DNA from: Candidatus Limnocylindrus sp.
GTDB taxonomy: Bacteria; Chloroflexota; Limnocylindria; Limnocylindrales; Limnocylindraceae
Length of the DNA stretch: 64,000 nucleotides
Direction of reading: 5' to 3'
NCBI GenBank assembly: GCA_040397175.1
Contig: JBBAWM010000001.1
Span: forward strand, 217,976-281,975
The first letter of the stretch is position 1. Every line of letters begins with the position of its first letter. Positions 60,234 to 64,000 of this stretch are shown one piece after another. The notes under the pieces were generated by a model. The model had not been told where the DNA came from and did not search any database. It saw nothing but the letters and a program-made list of their open reading frames with translations. A program made the translations under genes and the position numbers.

Positions 60234-60959
60234 ATGGCAACCACACGTCGAGCAGCTATCACAGCGGCGGCGCAGGAGTACCTGCTCGCCTTCCGCAGCC
60301 ACAGCGACGATGAGGGGGTCACCCCGTCACTCGTCGCGAAGGATCTCGAGGTCAGCAAGCAGGCGGCCGCTGAGATGTTCCGCCGACTCGCCGATGACCG
60401 ACTGATCGCGCCGTGCAGCGGGCATGCGCGGCTCTGGAAACTCACCACGTCAGGCGAGAGCGCCGCCGATGCCGTCTTCCGCCGGCACGCGCTTCTAGAG
60501 TGGCTACTGACGGGCGTCGTCGGTATGCCGTGGGCGGCGGCCGATGTAGAGGCGCGACGACTGCACTCATCGATCTCGCCCGAGTTTGAGACGCGCCTCG
60601 ATGAGATGCTCGGCCATCCGCAGACTTGCCCGCACGGGAATCCGATCGATCGGGCAACCGAAGCTCGGCGCCCGAAGGGGGAGCCACTCGCATCACTCGA
60701 GGCGGGTGAGGCGGCCACGATCTATCGCGTTACCGAGGCGGCCGAGGCTGACGCCGCACTGCTCAGCTACCTCGAGGCACGTGGGCTCGTCCCTGGCGCA
60801 AAGATCACCGTCCTCTCTCGGAGCGCATCGCTGGATTCGCTCACGCTGGATGGGCCGATCGGTCGAGCCTCACTTGGCCTCCGTCCCGCTGCGCTCGTGC
60901 ACGTCATACGCGGTGCCGTTGATGCTGCCCTCTTCCACCAGATTCCGGTCCGACCATGA
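60234..60959 (+). CDS. DtxR/MntR-family regulator with FeoA domain
   Basis: EYL, HTH, RRHALLE, CPHGNPI, C-terminal FeoA-like GLVPGA. Confidence 0.88.
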   Translation: MATTRRAAITAAAQEYLLAFRSHSDDEGVTPSLVAKDLEVSKQAAAEMFRRLADDRLIAPCSGHARLWKLTTSGESAADAVFRRHALLEWLLTGVVGMPWAAADVEARRLHSSISPEFETRLDEMLGHPQTCPHGNPIDRATEARRPKGEPLASLEAGEAATIYRVTEAAEADAALLSYLEARGLVPGAKITVLSRSASLDSLTLDGPIGRASLGLRPAALVHVIRGAVDAALFHQIPVRP

Positions 60960-62458
60960 GTGACGTCGTGCGCGTTCGCATTGCGCCGAGCCCAACAGGG
61001 CCGTTCCACATCGGTACGGCGCGCACGGCGCTCTTCAACCTGCTCTACGCGCGACGGCATGGCGGCATGTACATCGTGCGCGTCGAAGATACCGACACGG
61101 CACGCTCCACCAAGGAGTTTGAGGCCGACATTCTTGCCGGCCTCGCCTGGCTCGGGCTTGCAGCCGATGAGGGTGTCGTTGCAGACGGGGAGCGTGGCGA
61201 TCGTGGTCCCTATCGACAATCTGAGCGGAGCTCGCGCTATACGGCCGTCGCGAACGAACTCCGCGCCAAAGGGCTGACCTACCCCTGCTTCTGCACCGCA
61301 GGCGATCTCGACGCAGAACGAAAGGCTCGCGAGGCGGCGAAGCTCCCGCCGCGCTACTCCGGCCGCTGCGCCGCAATCCCCGCCGAAACCTCAACCGCAC
61401 GAATCGCTGCAGGCGAATCGGCCGCTCTGCGCTTCCGCATCAAGCCGGGCGTCGTTGTCATTGACGACCTTGTCCGTGGGCGGGTGGAGATCGACAGCGA
61501 CGCCTTGGGTGGCGACCTGGTGATCTTGCGCGCCGATGGCACGCCGCTCTACCACTTCACCGTGGTGGTCGACGATGCTGACATGGGGATCACGCACGTC
61601 ATTCGCGGCGAAGACCACCTCTCCAATACGCCGAAGCACATCCTCCTCTTTGAGGCGCTCGGCGTGCCGTTGCCGAAGTTTGCACACCTGCCACTGATCT
61701 TGAATCCTGACCGCACCAAGATGAGTAAGCGTAAGAGTCAAACCGCGCTGGTGGACTACCGTGCCGAGGGTTTCCTCGTCGAGGCGCTCGTGAACTTCCT
61801 CGCCCTGCTCGGCTGGTCGACGGGGAGCGAAGACGAAGTGCTCTGCATTGATGAGCTGCAGGAGCGTTTCAACCTTGAGCATGTGCAGAAGGCGGGCGCG
61901 GTGTTTGATCGGACCCGACTGGAGTGGCTGAACGGACAATGGATTCGACGGCTGAGTAACGAGGAGTTGCTCGTCCGGCTACGCCCCTTCTACGAGGCTG
62001 CAGCAGCGAGCGGTGCGCTGCAGCGCCGGGCCAGCGATGCCGAGATCGTCGCGCTGATTCCACTGATCCGCGATCGCATCCCGCTCCTCTCGTCGGCCGT
62101 TGTGCTCACTGATTTCCTCTTCGCTACCGCGCTAGAGCATGATCGTGCCGCACTCGTACCTAAGCGTTGGGATGCCGCCACAACCTTGCAGGCGCTCGCA
62201 GCGGCACGCCCACTGATCGCCGAAGCGATCGGTGAGGGCGACCGGCCACTGCTCGACGCAGAGGATCCACTCGAGGTGCAGCTCCGTTCGCTCGCCGAGA
62301 CGTCGGGCTGGAAGTCGGGCGATCTCTTCATGGCCCTCCGTGTCGCGGTAACGGGGCGAACGGCAACGCCACCGCTCTTCGACAGCATGCGCCTTCTCGG
62401 TCGTGCGCGTGTGCTGGCGCATCTCGACGCCGCTGTGGCACTGGTGAGCGGCAACTAG
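60956..62458 (+). CDS. gltX: Glutamate--tRNA ligase
   Basis: RIAPSPTG.FHIGTAR, RVEDTD, HVIRGEDH, KMSKR. Confidence 0.97.
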   Translation: MSDVVRVRIAPSPTGPFHIGTARTALFNLLYARRHGGMYIVRVEDTDTARSTKEFEADILAGLAWLGLAADEGVVADGERGDRGPYRQSERSSRYTAVANELRAKGLTYPCFCTAGDLDAERKAREAAKLPPRYSGRCAAIPAETSTARIAAGESAALRFRIKPGVVVIDDLVRGRVEIDSDALGGDLVILRADGTPLYHFTVVVDDADMGITHVIRGEDHLSNTPKHILLFEALGVPLPKFAHLPLILNPDRTKMSKRKSQTALVDYRAEGFLVEALVNFLALLGWSTGSEDEVLCIDELQERFNLEHVQKAGAVFDRTRLEWLNGQWIRRLSNEELLVRLRPFYEAAAASGALQRRASDAEIVALIPLIRDRIPLLSSAVVLTDFLFATALEHDRAALVPKRWDAATTLQALAAARPLIAEAIGEGDRPLLDAEDPLEVQLRSLAETSGWKSGDLFMALRVAVTGRTATPPLFDSMRLLGRARVLAHLDAAVALVSGN

Positions 62459-62465
62459 CGTTTAC

Positions 62466-63203
62466 ATGGCGATAACACCGCTCCCTCAGAGTGACGCGGT
62501 GCCAGAACGACCAATCAAGATTCTGCTGGTTGAAGATGAGCGAGCGCTTCGTGAGGCGCTCGCCGACGCGCTGACGAGCGAAGGCTTTACGGTCACGCAG
62601 GCCGAAACTGGCGCTGCTGGGCTTGCCGCCTTTCGCGCAACTCCGCCTGACCTGATCCTGCTCGACCTGATGCTCCCCGAGATGGGCGGCATCGAGGTGT
62701 GTCGGTCGATTCGCAGTAGTTCGCGCGTGCCGATCATCATGGTCACGGCAAAGGCGTCCGAGGCAGATCGCATCAGCGGTCTTGACCTTGGCGCCGATGA
62801 CTATGTGACGAAGCCATTCTCCTCACGAGAGCTCGTTGCCCGTATTCGAGCGGTGCTCCGGCGCCAGGCGGCGGCACCTGCCCCCGTAACGACGGGCTCC
62901 CATTTCCGCATCGCAGAGGCAGAGGTCGACCTCGAAGGCCAACGGGTGCTACGTGACGGTGCCGCCGTACACCTCAAGCCGAAGGCCTTCCAGCTCCTCG
63001 CCTTCCTCATCGAGAACGCGGGTCGCGTCTATACACGGGAGCAGCTCCTCGACAAGGTGTGGGGCTACGACTACGCAGGTGAAACTCGCACGGTCGACGT
63101 GCACATGCACGCCCTGCGCCAGGCAATGGAGGCGATCCCAGCCGAGCCCGTCGCCCTCCAGACCGTCCGCGGAATCGGCTACGTCCTGCGCCGCCCAGCC
63201 TGA
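62466..63203 (+). CDS. OmpR/PhoB-family response regulator
   Basis: LVEDE, LLDLMLP, GADDYVTKPF, RTVDVH, TVRGIGY. Confidence 0.95.
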   Translation: MAITPLPQSDAVPERPIKILLVEDERALREALADALTSEGFTVTQAETGAAGLAAFRATPPDLILLDLMLPEMGGIEVCRSIRSSSRVPIIMVTAKASEADRISGLDLGADDYVTKPFSSRELVARIRAVLRRQAAAPAPVTTGSHFRIAEAEVDLEGQRVLRDGAAVHLKPKAFQLLAFLIENAGRVYTREQLLDKVWGYDYAGETRTVDVHMHALRQAMEAIPAEPVALQTVRGIGYVLRRPA

Positions 63204-63254
63204 CCCGTAGGCTCCTCCTGAACGAGAGCCCCGCGCGCGGGTAGGATTGACCCC

Positions 63255-64000
63255 ATGCGCATGAGTGAACTCTTCTTTACGACCCTCCGAGAGGATCCCG
63301 CCGACGCGGAGATGCCCTCACACCGACTGCTGCTCCGCGCCGGATACATCCGGCCGTTGGGTGCGGGGATCTACTCGCTCCTCCCGCTCGGCATGCGCAT
63401 CAACATGCGCGTCACCCAGGTCATTCGCGAAGAGATGAACGCGATCGGTGCCCAGGAGATGTTGATGCCGGTCGTGCACCCCGCAGACCTGTGGCGGGAG
63501 ACTGGTCGCTACGACCAGATCGGCCCAGAGATGGGTCGCTTCAACGATCGTGGCGGCCGCGACATGGTGCTGGCAATGACCCACGAGGAGGTAGTGACCG
63601 ACCTGCTGCGTAAGCTGATCAACTCGTGGCGCCAACTTCCCCAGCAGATGTACCACTTCCAGACCAAGTGGCGCGATGAGCCACGGGCGCGCGGCGGGCT
63701 GATCCGCGTGCGCGAGTTCACGATGAAAGATGCGTATAGCGCCGACCGCGACGAGGCGGGCCTTGATCGCTCCTACAAGCTCTACTACCACGCCTACACG
63801 CGCATCTTTGCGCGGCTTGGACTCGAGGCGATCGCCGTGGCCAGCGACGTTGGCATGATGGGCGGTTCGCTCGCCCACGAGTTCATGGCCTTCAGTCCGT
63901 TTGGTGAAGATAGTCTCGTGCTTTGCGATGGCTGCGGCGCCGCGGCAAACCGTCAGGTTGCCGTTGTGAAGCGCGATGCTGGCGCGAGCGCCCCCCAGGA
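63255..64000 (+). CDS. proS: Proline--tRNA ligase (3'-truncated by window edge)
   Basis: MRMSELFFTTLREDP, GIYSLLPLG, THEE, RDEPRARGGLIRVREFTMKDAYS. Confidence 0.96.
   Translation, partial: MRMSELFFTTLREDPADAEMPSHRLLLRAGYIRPLGAGIYSLLPLGMRINMRVTQVIREEMNAIGAQEMLMPVVHPADLWRETGRYDQIGPEMGRFNDRGGRDMVLAMTHEEVVTDLLRKLINSWRQLPQQMYHFQTKWRDEPRARGGLIRVREFTMKDAYSADRDEAGLDRSYKLYYHAYTRIFARLGLEAIAVASDVGMMGGSLAHEFMAFSPFGEDSLVLCDGCGAAANRQVAVVKRDAGASAPQ

Overview
A 64 kb, high-GC, very gene-dense core-chromosome segment from a bacterium. Gene content and compactness suggest a streamlined free-living monoderm, most plausibly Chloroflexota such as Limnocylindria; this is an inference and was not searched. It holds about 70 CDS and three tRNAs (Gly-CCC, Gly-TCC, Gln-CTG). 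No mobile element, rRNA or CRISPR array was seen. Housekeeping genes include greA, lipB, Sua5, xth, rarA, a DEAD-box helicase, sufBD, lgt, mdh, gltX, proS, lemA/htpX and a ctaA-ctaB fusion. There is a nickel module (sodN/sodX, an ECF MQO transporter, and a divergent Fur/Nur-like regulator with a palindromic operator) and a large amine/omega-amino-acid catabolic repertoire. The most unusual signals are: (1) a pyrR-led operon whose intact PyrK-, PyrD- and PyrE-like ORFs have all lost catalytic or substrate residues while keeping cofactor ligands, interleaved with three unknown genes and preceded by a GalT-like protein lacking its catalytic His; (2) a ~100-nt multi-stem candidate cis-regulatory RNA in front of a saccharopine/carboxyspermidine-dehydrogenase-like gene; (3) pervasive leaderless TANNNT-N6/7-start promoters, including a bidirectional one; (4) repeated 4-bp convergent stop-codon overlaps. 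All motif comparisons were done by eye from recalled family consensus.
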